From: Parcubacteria group bacterium CG08_land_8_20_14_0_20_48_21
GTDB lineage: Bacteria > Patescibacteriota > Patescibacteriia > UBA1544
Length of the DNA: 64,000 bases
Assembly: GCA_002774425.1 (NCBI GenBank)
Contig: PEYJ01000009.1
Location: forward strand, 3,134-67,133
Reading direction: 5' to 3'
The notes beneath the pieces are model-generated. The model had not been told where the DNA came from. It searched no databases and saw only the letters and a list, made by a program, of their open reading frames with translations. The translations under genes and the position numbers were made by a program. How positions within the stretch are numbered: the first letter of the stretch is position 1; every line of letters begins with the position of its first letter. Shown piece after piece: positions 39,435-48,622 of the stretch.

Positions 39435-40427
39435 TCAGGTGTTATTTTGGACGGCAGCTATGAGCTGCTCGTCCGTTAATTTTGTACCCATCACCCGGGG
39501 GTACATCCATCCCCCGTTACTTATGGCACCAACCGCCTGGTGCCATATGGTTGGCTCTTGCGCCTTGAGCCAACCATATAGGCGCAAGAGGCTTACTTTT
39601 TGGGCAAGTATTCCAACTTGCCCTGCACTCTTGCGTACAACGAGGATGTCGTACGCTTGCGCGGCAACCCGGACGACGAACTTGTCATCCGTGTGGACGA
39701 GAGCGCACCTACGCGTACTTGCGCGGAACTCCACTCTCCGCATCCGTGGGAACGCAGCTTGCGCTTGCTTGTGCGCGTTCTTTGCCTCATTCCAGCCGTG
39801 CGTCCACCACTTGGTCATCTCCCGGATTTTGTCCGGTTGATAACCAAGGTACCACATATCCCGCAAGTACCGCGGGATAGTCATTGGCGCGAACTGCGAG
39901 TTGCGCATCCGGCGCAACTCGCACCAGAATATCTTCTCCATTGTGGCATCATCGCGCGCCGGCACGCGCTCTCCGTCTTCCACGCGCACGAAGCAACTGA
40001 CAACGTGCGCCACGCGCCGCACTACTTGTTGTGGATCATACCCAAGCTCGTAAAGCTCGCGCAAGATCCACGCCGTCGAAAACGGCCTTCCTTTTAACCA
40101 GCCGCTCTCGTTGTTTTTGGCGAGAATATCCAACAAAGCCTTCTCGCCCGCTGACACCGTCATACCATGCCTCTTGGCAGTGTATGCGGCCGCACTCGGC
40201 ATTCCAGCCTGGTGGTACTTCTCATTTCCCAGGTCAATAGGTTCAATTCCCTGAGCTCTCCAGCTTCCAAGCTGTGCGCGCGTGCACCGATTTGTTTCCC
40301 AAAAACGGTACACAGGAATCTCTCCACTCGTTCTTCTTTCCAGGAGAACGAGTGCACCAATTTTATCAATCGGTGGAGAGTGTAACATGACCACCCCTAC
40401 CATCCTCCGTCTGTCCATCTTCTCCAT
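39435..40427 (-). CDS. Divergent paralog of the 38366-39334 protein lacking the DHH motif
   Basis: Collinear shared motifs (see findings); GGAGAG upstream of the ATG. Confidence 0.6.
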   Translation of the reverse strand: MEKMDRRRMVGVVMLHSPPIDKIGALVLLERRTSGEIPVYRFWETNRCTRAQLGSWRAQGIEPIDLGNEKYHQAGMPSAAAYTAKRHGMTVSAGEKALLDILAKNNESGWLKGRPFSTAWILRELYELGYDPQQVVRRVAHVVSCFVRVEDGERVPARDDATMEKIFWCELRRMRNSQFAPMTIPRYLRDMWYLGYQPDKIREMTKWWTHGWNEAKNAHKQAQAAFPRMRRVEFRASTRRCALVHTDDKFVVRVAAQAYDILVVRKSAGQVGILAQKVSLLRLYGWLKAQEPTIWHQAVGAISNGGWMYPRVMGTKLTDEQLIAAVQNNT

Positions 40428-40581
40428 TGGCTCTCCCTTCGGTGTGCGCTGCCATCTTGCAGTAGATTGTAAAAGGATCAACACATAATAGTATATTATA
40501 TTATATGTGATTTGTCAATCCCTTATACAGGAAAAAAGCGGTAAAACCGCTTTGGGTGTTACATAATTTCAACAAAGATTT

Positions 40582-41928
40582 TTACACCCAAAAAGCCAGA
40601 GTGGCAAGGACGGCGTAGGTCAGCGTTGCAGAACCCAAAATAACGCGATAGAACATGTTACGCGAAAAAGAAAAGGCATAAGGGGCGAGGATCGGCATGA
40701 GCGCAAGAATGAAAATCATTTTGAGTGTTCCCCGTTCTAAAAAAGGGTAGCGCGTGACGTTATAGAGCAACGCCACAAACAACCCCCCGCATACCAGCAA
40801 CACGAGCAGCTCTTTGGTGAACTTAAAACGGGTGCGAAGAACATGTAACGATAAATGTATCAAACCAAGCATATAGGCGAATGCAAGAGGCAGTGCGGCG
40901 AGCAGCATGTAACGCAGGTACGCGGCTTGGCGTTTTGGGATACTCTGCTTGTTTGCAATTTCCATGCGATCATGTTCAGGTAGAAGCTGCACCGTATCAG
41001 GGTTATGGAAAATACCTTGATAATCGGCAAAAGTATCGGCGTAGAGCATGGTGAAAAAAGATGTCGCGCCAGTATCCCAGAACGGATGCAGGAAAATGTT
41101 TGTATCAAATGTAGTGAAGAAATTTTTTGGTAGCGGACGCGATTCTCGCGCATGCAGCTGCTGTTCATAATTATTGATAGTCCATGGTGTGCCGAACGTA
41201 TGCCTGCGGTAGATGTGCCAAGGTATGGCCATGGTTGTCGCGATGAGGGCGATGAGTATGCCATTGCGAAACAGGAGAAATGAGTGCGTGCGCAATGAGC
41301 CCCATAGGAACCACAAAACAAGTGCGCCAACGGGTACCAATGCGGTGAGTTTGGTGAGCAACAAACATCCGGAAAAGAACCCCAAGAGCACCGCAAAGAA
41401 AATATGATACAGACGTTTTTTATGAAAACCAAACAGGACAAGCAACACCAGCAAACCCAACATACCGATTTGCAACAAGAGCTCATTGGTAAGATAGGAA
41501 GAGAGTAAGAGCGATCCGGGGAGCGTTGCGGCAAATACGAGCGCCATCAGGTGCGTAAATCGATTGTCTGGTGCGGCGATGCGCGCCCACGCGTAAGACA
41601 GTACCACTAAGAGCATGCCGAGCATCGCTTGCACGAAGGAGAGTGTATCCAGGATGTTTGTTGCGGTGTGCGACCAAGGTGACACCACACGCCACCACCA
41701 TGCCATAAAGGCGTAGTAGAGCGGCTCATGCCAGGCGACATACGACTCCTGCATGGTGGGGAGCCGTCCTTCGCGCGCCAGCGTTTCAATATACGCAAGA
41801 TGCGCGCCGCCGTCATATCCCCAGTACGGGTTAAAATGAAACGCATTGTGTATGCGCAGCGCGATGGCAAGCAATGCCATACTACTGACAAGCAAGATGT
41901 AGGTGTATCGTCTGTGCGCAAAATTCAT
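40582..41928 (-). CDS. GT-C glycosyltransferase family 39-like membrane protein
   Basis: YDGGAHLAY, HEPLYY, TNE, LLTK, many TM helices. Confidence 0.75.
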   Translation of the reverse strand: MNFAHRRYTYILLVSSMALLAIALRIHNAFHFNPYWGYDGGAHLAYIETLAREGRLPTMQESYVAWHEPLYYAFMAWWWRVVSPWSHTATNILDTLSFVQAMLGMLLVVLSYAWARIAAPDNRFTHLMALVFAATLPGSLLLSSYLTNELLLQIGMLGLLVLLVLFGFHKKRLYHIFFAVLLGFFSGCLLLTKLTALVPVGALVLWFLWGSLRTHSFLLFRNGILIALIATTMAIPWHIYRRHTFGTPWTINNYEQQLHARESRPLPKNFFTTFDTNIFLHPFWDTGATSFFTMLYADTFADYQGIFHNPDTVQLLPEHDRMEIANKQSIPKRQAAYLRYMLLAALPLAFAYMLGLIHLSLHVLRTRFKFTKELLVLLVCGGLFVALLYNVTRYPFLERGTLKMIFILALMPILAPYAFSFSRNMFYRVILGSATLTYAVLATLAFWV

Positions 41929-41937
41929 AAGGGAACT

Positions 41938-42609
41938 CTATGAGCAAAATTTCTTTTTCTTTTCACGCCACGCGGCAATTTTTTTGTGATCCCCGGAGAG
42001 GAGTATTTTTGGAACATGCAGTTTTTTGCCCTCCCGCGTTATAAAAACTTCCGGCCGCGTATAGTGCGGATACTCTACCTCTCCAATTTTGGCAAACGAT
42101 TCATCTTTGCTTGAAGCATCTTTTCCCAACACACCCGGAAGGAGTCGCGCGACCGCATCCGTAATCACTGCCGCGCCCAACTCACCTCCCGTCAGCACAT
42201 AGTCGCCAATGGAAATTTCTTCATCAATAAATTTTGTAATACGCTCGTCTACCCCCTCGTACCTTCCGCAAATACATATAAGTTCATCATAGTTGGTGAG
42301 CCGCCGCGCATCAACCTGGGTAAAGTGTTTGCCTTTGGCGCTTAATAAAATGACACGCTGCGTTCGTTTGATCCGGCGATTACAGATCGCGTGTAGCGCT
42401 TTATACAGAGGTTCAATCATGAGTACCATACCTACACCTCCGCCATAGGGTTTGTCATCTGCGTGCTTATAACGCCCCATACCCCATCGGCGCAGGTCAA
42501 TCATGCGGATGCGGATATGTTTTTTCTCCTGCGCGCGTTTGATGATAGAGGTCGCAAAATATGAGGTGAGACTATCGGGAAAAAGCGTGAGAATGGTGAA
42601 GTGTTTCAT
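41938..42609 (-). CDS. trmD: tRNA (guanine-N1)-methyltransferase TrmD
   Basis: DDKPYGGG, CGRYEGVDER, SIGDYVLTGGE, YPHYTRP. Confidence 0.97.
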   Translation of the reverse strand: MKHFTILTLFPDSLTSYFATSIIKRAQEKKHIRIRMIDLRRWGMGRYKHADDKPYGGGVGMVLMIEPLYKALHAICNRRIKRTQRVILLSAKGKHFTQVDARRLTNYDELICICGRYEGVDERITKFIDEEISIGDYVLTGGELGAAVITDAVARLLPGVLGKDASSKDESFAKIGEVEYPHYTRPEVFITREGKKLHVPKILLSGDHKKIAAWREKKKKFCS

Positions 42610-42645
42610 AGACAAACTGTAGCACAGAAGTGGCTGGAGTTACAA

Positions 42646-42676
42646 CAAAACCCTCTCGTTTGATGAGAGGGTTTTG
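42646..42676 (-). terminator. Terminator after khpA
   Basis: CAAAACCCTCTC-GTTTGAT-GAGAGGGTTTTG. Confidence 0.6.
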
Positions 42677-42694
42677 TATGGTTGTAGTTGCTAG

Positions 42695-43054
42695 TTAGAT
42701 CTTCAGATCATCGATTGCTGATATATCGATGTCGTCAAGTTCTTTCTTCTCCTGTATCGGACGGGATTCACCGTGATTATCACCGCGGAAACCGCGACCG
42801 CCTTCCGGTTCGTGGATTTTCAGATTGATACGCGCGTTATTCTTAGCGCCGACAATCTTGAGAAGCGTACGCAGCGCGCGCGCCGTCTGTCCCTGCCGTC
42901 CGATGACATATCCCATATCCTTTTGGTCAATATGGAGCGTGATCAGTACGCCCATTTCATCAACCACTCTCTCGGTGCGTACCGCATCAGGTGTGCTGAC
43001 GATTGACTTTACGACATATTCTATAAAATCCTGATCTTCATAGCGTTCTGCCAT
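42695..43054 (-). CDS. khpA: KH-domain RNA-binding protein KhpA
   Basis: DMGYVIGRQGQTARALR; located between rpsP and trmD. Confidence 0.9.
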   Translation of the reverse strand: MAERYEDQDFIEYVVKSIVSTPDAVRTERVVDEMGVLITLHIDQKDMGYVIGRQGQTARALRTLLKIVGAKNNARINLKIHEPEGGRGFRGDNHGESRPIQEKKELDDIDISAIDDLKI

Positions 43055-43193
43055 GTACTTGCTGCTTGCGTTTTTGCGCGGCTTTATCGTTTCAGAAACT
43101 CAGCGCTTGAAAGGATAAAACGGCGCGACGCTTACGGAATAAGTGTGCGTAGTATACTACGGCGCATAGGAAATGTCAATGACGCGTCTATTT

Positions 43194-43622
43194 TTATGAT
43201 TCTGTTTTTTTGGTGTCTTGCGCGGCAGGAGAAGCTGTATCTTCTCCCTTTTTTTCCACAACTTCCTTCACCTCGACCTCCGCCGCAGTCTTTGCAGCAC
43301 TCTTAGCCTCCTGGTCGGCTTTGACCTTGTTGAGTTTCACCCTGCGGCGTTGAGAAATTTTTATTGAACGTCCCTTTTTTTTCTCTTTCTTGATCACATC
43401 AGCCGCAACCAACAGATTATGTACCGTTACCGATGGTTGTGCGCCCTTGCTTATCCAGTAGAGAATGCGGTCTTTATTGAAGTTTTTTTCTTTGGTGTGC
43501 GGGTTGTAGTTACCTAGACTCTCCAAAAATTTTCCCCATGGATCGCGTGATTTTTCGGAAACGATCAGGCGGTAGGTCGGATACTTTTTCTTTCCGACAC
43601 GGGTTAAGCGAATGGCCAGCAT
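43194..43622 (-). CDS. rpsP: 30S ribosomal protein S16 with Lys/Ala-rich C-terminal extension
   Basis: MLAIRLTRVGKKKYPTYRLIV..LGNYNP..GAQPS. Confidence 0.95.
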   Translation of the reverse strand: MLAIRLTRVGKKKYPTYRLIVSEKSRDPWGKFLESLGNYNPHTKEKNFNKDRILYWISKGAQPSVTVHNLLVAADVIKKEKKKGRSIKISQRRRVKLNKVKADQEAKSAAKTAAEVEVKEVVEKKGEDTASPAAQDTKKTES

Positions 43623-43642
43623 AACAATGTTGTAATGATGAG

Positions 43643-43804
43643 TAGAGCCTATCTCAAAAATAATTTTAAGGCGAACCTGCGAATATTTTGAGCGAAAAAC
43701 ATGAAGATTGAGGAGGAATATCTGGATATTTCGACAAAATCTGAATGTTTTGCAGCCAAAATGTGCCGGATTTCGAGCCAAGAGGATTTTTTAGATAGGC
43801 TCTA
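43643..43804. mobile_element. MITE-like element (162 bp) with terminal inverted repeats
   Basis: TAGAGCCTATCT(C)AAAAA ... TTTTTAGATAGGCTCTA; no transposase. Confidence 0.55.
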
Positions 43805-43917
43805 GTAGATGAAGAGCTTATTTTGAGAGCGTATAAGCCTTGCATGACAACCACGAGTATACGGGAAAATCTTATATCAGTCAAGCGGCAGGGAGTTGGT
43901 TGAGTAGCATAAGACAG

Positions 43918-44676
43918 TTACATAGCGAGAAAGGTTGTTCGTAAAAGTGTTGGCGTGATGCGTTTTGCAAGACCTACTTCTTTGGCGCGTCCTTCCAGAA
44001 TACGCTCAATACCGCGTACGGAGAGACGGTGGTATAGATGCGCGCGGTCAAAAGAGACAAAAACCGCTGCACCGGCATCGGCGCGCAGTGTGTGATAGCG
44101 TTTGAGCCAATAGTATGCTTGGTGGGATATTGGTGTATAGTTCTCTCTGTTTGGCAGAACGATACATGGTGTTGTGCCATCAAGATCAACATCCTGCCAA
44201 TTCAACGCGCGTACTTCGGATGCGCGCAGGTCAGTAGCAACCAATACTTCAATCAATACTTGGTCGCGCGCTGCCGCAAGCGATTGCGCTTGTAGCGGCG
44301 TGCAGAACGCAGTGAGCTCTTGTGCGGTGAGTATAACACCCCTGTGCGATTTTTGTGGTTGGCGCGGCACATCAGGCGCGACGAGCTTTGTAAGTCCTTG
44401 CGCATGCGCGTACGCGATAAACTGCCGCAAGGGACTCACGTAGGTGTTTTGCGTTGCGTGCGCCAGCGCAATTCCCCGACATTGTTTCGCCAAAAATTTA
44501 AGGTAGCGGTTTAGATGAGCTTTACGCAATTTTTTGAATGTGGTGATACGCTGTGCTTTCGCCCAGTCAAGAAAAAACAGCATCTTCGCCTGATAGCGTT
44601 GCAGCGTTGCGAGCTTGCAACCTTGCTCGGTCTCGCACCAGGCAAGGAAATTTTCCAGTTGCGTACGCATAACCAT
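43918..44676 (-). CDS. XerC/D-like tyrosine recombinase, C-terminally truncated
   Basis: SAM-like N-domain, ARDQVLIEVLVATDLRASE, ends ITPTLLRTTFLAM* with no LGH or catalytic Tyr. Confidence 0.75.
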   Translation of the reverse strand: MVMRTQLENFLAWCETEQGCKLATLQRYQAKMLFFLDWAKAQRITTFKKLRKAHLNRYLKFLAKQCRGIALAHATQNTYVSPLRQFIAYAHAQGLTKLVAPDVPRQPQKSHRGVILTAQELTAFCTPLQAQSLAAARDQVLIEVLVATDLRASEVRALNWQDVDLDGTTPCIVLPNRENYTPISHQAYYWLKRYHTLRADAGAAVFVSFDRAHLYHRLSVRGIERILEGRAKEVGLAKRITPTLLRTTFLAM

Positions 44677-45064
44677 AGGTTCTATTGTACATGGATATCG
44701 TACGTATAGAAAGTGGGGCATCACATACGTATTTTTTTAAACCGTTGTATGTAGATGTGTCTCAAAAAATAATCCTCAAACATACGGCCGTTGAATTGAG
44801 GATTATTTTTAAAAACGGATGTCTCAAGATATTTTGTCTCTTGCCGTCCATACCAATCCACACCCGTTCAAATCCATCGGTTGTTGCCTGCCGCTAGAAC
44901 CCAACTCACCATACTTGCTATTGGCGGCTTTGCGCAATTGAGCGTATACGCAGTTTTTTATGGCGTGTCTTTAGCTGTTGGCAGCGTTTAGTGTTGCTAT
45001 GCGCGGCCGTACATGTTTTGCAGCACTTGTATTTTTTTTCCTCCCATGCTACACTCCATGCAGG

Positions 45065-45185
45065 TACGATTTCTTGGTTTCTCCCGTAGCTTTAGGGTAA
45101 TGCAACAAAGATGCGGGGAAACTCGGAGAGGCGTATGCGGCGCGTACCACGTCGCATGACCATCATCCAACAACAAGCAATCGTA
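45065..45185 (+). promoter_or_regulatory. Putative rpsO (S15) leader RNA, three-way junction
   Basis: TACGATT/AATCGTA closing stem around two hairpins; promoter TTGTAT-17-TACACT at 45027-45055. Confidence 0.55.
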
Positions 45186-45219
45186 GGATTGCTTTATTTA
45201 TTTTTTATGCACGATGTGT

Positions 45220-45597
45220 ATGCTTGATAAGAAAATCAAGAATCGCCTCATTCAAAAATTTCGCACCCATCCGAATGATACCGGGTCCAGCGAAATTCAG
45301 ATAGCGATTCTCACCGAGGAAATTCGCCAACTGGCAGAGCACTTGAAAACCCATGTGAAAGACCACTCTTCGCGCAGAGGGCTCATTCGCAAAATCAATG
45401 AGCGTAAAAAACTTCTGCGTTATATGGAGCGCAATAATCCGCAGAGTTTTGAAACGCTTGCAGTAAAGCTGAAGATCAAAATTGCGAAGAAATTTGCCGA
45501 ACGCAAAACGGCGCCGACAATAGAAGATGAAATTCTGCCCGCAAAGGTTGAAGAGGAAGAAACAACAATAGCTATACCCTATACCGAGGAAAAATAA
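45220..45597 (+). CDS. rpsO: 30S ribosomal protein S15 with acidic C-terminal extension
   Basis: HPNDTGSSEIQIAILT..KDHSSRRGL. Confidence 0.96.
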   Translation: MLDKKIKNRLIQKFRTHPNDTGSSEIQIAILTEEIRQLAEHLKTHVKDHSSRRGLIRKINERKKLLRYMERNNPQSFETLAVKLKIKIAKKFAERKTAPTIEDEILPAKVEEEETTIAIPYTEEK

Positions 45598-45602
45598 TCC
45601 CC

Positions 45603-46130
45603 ATGTCGTTACCTATACTCACTATGACTAAACACAAGGAACAGCGCGTCGGCGTTTTCGTGGATGTGCAGAATATGTACCATTCGGCGAAAAATTTGTA
45701 CGGCGCCAATGCTAATTTTAAAGAAATATTGGAAGCTGCAACGGCCGATCGCAAACTGATTCGCGCGCTTGCCTACGTCATTAAGTCCGATTCAGCCGAG
45801 GAAGAAACATTTTTTGATGCGCTGTTCAAGCAAGGATTTGAAGTGCACATGAAGGATTTGCAGATTTTTGCCGGTGGCAGCAAAAAAGGGGATTGGGATA
45901 TCGGTATGGCGGTTGATTCGATTAAAATGGCCAACAAACTTGATGTCGTGGTACTCGTGACCGGCGACGGCGACTTTATCCCGCTCGTGCAGTATCTGCA
46001 ACACAATAAAGGATGTCTCGCCGAAGTCATTGCCTTTGGCGAGACCACATCGCAGCGGCTCATGGAAGCGGCTGATGATTTTATTGATTTAAGTTTGGAT
46101 AAAAAACGGTTTCTGTTGAAGAAATACTAA
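45603..46130 (+). CDS. NYN-domain (LabA/DUF88) protein
   Basis: VFVDVQN, KGDWDIGMAVD, LVTGDGDF. Confidence 0.88.
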   Translation: MSLPILTMTKHKEQRVGVFVDVQNMYHSAKNLYGANANFKEILEAATADRKLIRALAYVIKSDSAEEETFFDALFKQGFEVHMKDLQIFAGGSKKGDWDIGMAVDSIKMANKLDVVVLVTGDGDFIPLVQYLQHNKGCLAEVIAFGETTSQRLMEAADDFIDLSLDKKRFLLKKY

Positions 46131-46282
46131 CGCCCATTTTCAAAAGCAGGCGGATGCGAATGCAGCGTCACTTTTCGGACAACATTCCACAATTTTGCGC
46201 GTTGCGAATAAACAGTGCATGCTCAAAATTTTGAAATGTTCTTCCGACACCGCTTTTTGATGCAAGGGCACTTGAACGCAAT

Positions 46283-48544
46283 ATGCAAAAAGCACATGCT
46301 ATCTATACTCTGGAATGGGGCGGAAAAAAACTGACCTTTACCTTTGGTCAGTTTGCGCTCCAGACCAATATGAGCTGCACCGTTCGCTACGGCGACACGG
46401 TGGTACTCGCAACCGCAGTTATCAGTAAGACCATAAAAGAAAACATGGACTATTTTCCACTCTCGGTGGACTATGAAGAGCGGTTATACGCGGCGGGAAA
46501 AATCAAAGGTTCGCGCTTTATCAAGCGCGAAGGACGGCCCTCGGATGAGGCGATTCTCACTTCGCGTATGATTGATCGCGCGGTGCGTCCCTTGTTTCCC
46601 TCATGGCTGATGAACGAAGTACAGGTGGTAACCACCGTACTCTCGGTCGATCAGGAAAACGATTCCGACATCCCCTCGCTTCTGGCGGCTTCCGCCGCAC
46701 TCGCGGTATCCGACATTCCTTGGGACGGACCAATCGCCGGCGTGCGCGTTGGACACGTTGGCGGAGAGTGGGTGGTAAATCCCACCTTTGCCGCGCGGGA
46801 AAAGAGCGACATGGATCTCGTGTTCGCTAATGTTTCCGACCGCGTTATCATGGTTGAGGCAGGCGCAAAAGAGGTTCCTGAAAATGTGATGTACGACGCT
46901 TTTGTATTCGGCACAAAACATCTGCAACCGGTGCAAGCGCTGCTTGAAAAAATGCGGCAGGAGATTGGCAAAGAGAAAATCACCGAAGAAGTGCTGGAAG
47001 CCGGTGAAGAAACAACGAGTGATGACCAGGTGAATTATCAGACGCTCACTGAAGCATTTATAACGGAACATCTGGGAACTTATTTGTTTGGTACGCTCAA
47101 CAACACGAAAGCGTCCCGCAAAGAGGCGATTGGTAAATTCAAAGAGGCGTTGGAAGCGCACTTGCTGGGGGCGCAGGTTGGCAAGGAAAAGCGGAGAAAG
47201 GCGCAAGGGCTGGCCGACGCCGCAGTGGGCAAAGAAATTGCACGCGCGATCTTGGATGAGCGAAAGCGCGTGGACGGTCGCGCACTCACCGACATCCGTC
47301 CACTGGTTTCCGAAGTCGGCATTTTGCCACGTACGCATGGTTCAGGCCTTTTTTCGCGCGGGGAAACACAAATACTCTCTATCGCGACGCTTGGTGCTCC
47401 CGGAGACGAACAGACGATGGAAAGTATGGAGCTCAATGGCAAAAAGAGGTACATGCACCACTATAACTTCCCAGGTTTTTCGGTTGGGGAAGTCAAGCCG
47501 CTTCGCGGTCCAGGTAGGCGCGAGATTGGTCACGGAGCGCTCGCAGAAAAAGCGCTTGAACCGGTATTGCCGGACAAAGAGTCGTTTCCCTATACCATTC
47601 GCGTGGTTTCGGAAACGCTCGGATCCAACGGATCGTCATCCATGGCATCGGTCTGCGGTTCAACATTGGCACTCATGGACGCGGGTGTGCCCATTGCGCG
47701 ACCGGTTGCAGGTATTGCCATGGGCCTTGCTTCAGATGAAGAACAAGGACGCTATACGGTTTTAACCGACCTGCAGGATTTGGAAGACGGCAAGGGAGGT
47801 ATGGACTTTAAGATCGCGGGATCGGAACAAGGCATTACCGCCATACAAATGGACACAAAAACCAAAGGTTTGCCGCTCAAGGTTGTGCAAGAGACACTGA
47901 TTGCCGGATTGGACGCGCGTAAGCGGGTTTTGAAAAATATTGCGAGCGCAATTGCCGCGCCGCGTCCTGACCTCTCACCCTACGCGCCACGCATTACAAC
48001 ACTGAAAATAGATCCCGATAAAATTCGTAACGTTATCGGACCGGGTGGGAAAGTGATTAATGAAATTATTGATACGCTGGGCGTGCAAATTGATATTGAG
48101 AAAGACGGTCTTGTCATGATCACGAGCGTGAATGCGGAAAATGCGCAGAAGGCGCTCCAATGGGTGCAAGATCTGACGCGTGAAGCGAAACCCGGAGAGA
48201 TTTTTGAAGGAACGGTAACGCGCATCATGCAGTTTGGCGCTTTTGTGGGAGTATTGCCGGGACAAGAAGGATTGGTGCATGTTTCAGAATTGGCGTGGAG
48301 GCATGTCCCAACGGTTGAAGATGTGGTGCATATCGGCGATAAAGTTCGCGTGCAGGTCAAAGAGATTGACGATCAGGGTCGTATCAATCTTTCCATGAAA
48401 TCACTGCAAGAAAAACCTGCCGGATATGAAGATCAGAGCGGACGTGATTTTGGCGGCGGAGGTCACGATCGATTCGGTGGCGACCGATCCGACGATGATC
48501 GCAAGATGCGTACGCGCCGCTTTCATGATCGGCGACAACACTAA
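46283..48544 (+). CDS. pnp: Polyribonucleotide nucleotidyltransferase
   Basis: FPLSVDYEE, RREIGHG, SNGSSSMAS, DFKIAG, KH and S1 domains. Confidence 0.98.
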   Translation: MQKAHAIYTLEWGGKKLTFTFGQFALQTNMSCTVRYGDTVVLATAVISKTIKENMDYFPLSVDYEERLYAAGKIKGSRFIKREGRPSDEAILTSRMIDRAVRPLFPSWLMNEVQVVTTVLSVDQENDSDIPSLLAASAALAVSDIPWDGPIAGVRVGHVGGEWVVNPTFAAREKSDMDLVFANVSDRVIMVEAGAKEVPENVMYDAFVFGTKHLQPVQALLEKMRQEIGKEKITEEVLEAGEETTSDDQVNYQTLTEAFITEHLGTYLFGTLNNTKASRKEAIGKFKEALEAHLLGAQVGKEKRRKAQGLADAAVGKEIARAILDERKRVDGRALTDIRPLVSEVGILPRTHGSGLFSRGETQILSIATLGAPGDEQTMESMELNGKKRYMHHYNFPGFSVGEVKPLRGPGRREIGHGALAEKALEPVLPDKESFPYTIRVVSETLGSNGSSSMASVCGSTLALMDAGVPIARPVAGIAMGLASDEEQGRYTVLTDLQDLEDGKGGMDFKIAGSEQGITAIQMDTKTKGLPLKVVQETLIAGLDARKRVLKNIASAIAAPRPDLSPYAPRITTLKIDPDKIRNVIGPGGKVINEIIDTLGVQIDIEKDGLVMITSVNAENAQKALQWVQDLTREAKPGEIFEGTVTRIMQFGAFVGVLPGQEGLVHVSELAWRHVPTVEDVVHIGDKVRVQVKEIDDQGRINLSMKSLQEKPAGYEDQSGRDFGGGGHDRFGGDRSDDDRKMRTRRFHDRRQH

Positions 48545-48622
48545 TATCTTATAACGCGTTTCAGACCTCCCGAAATATCTTTTTGTGGAGGTCTGTGTTA
48601 TTGAACCGCCCCCACATTTCCT

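Noticed and set aside
43918-44724. Prophage or integron around the tyrosine recombinase
   Set aside because: Flanked by rpsP and rpsO, with no phage genes, att repeats or attC cassettes visible
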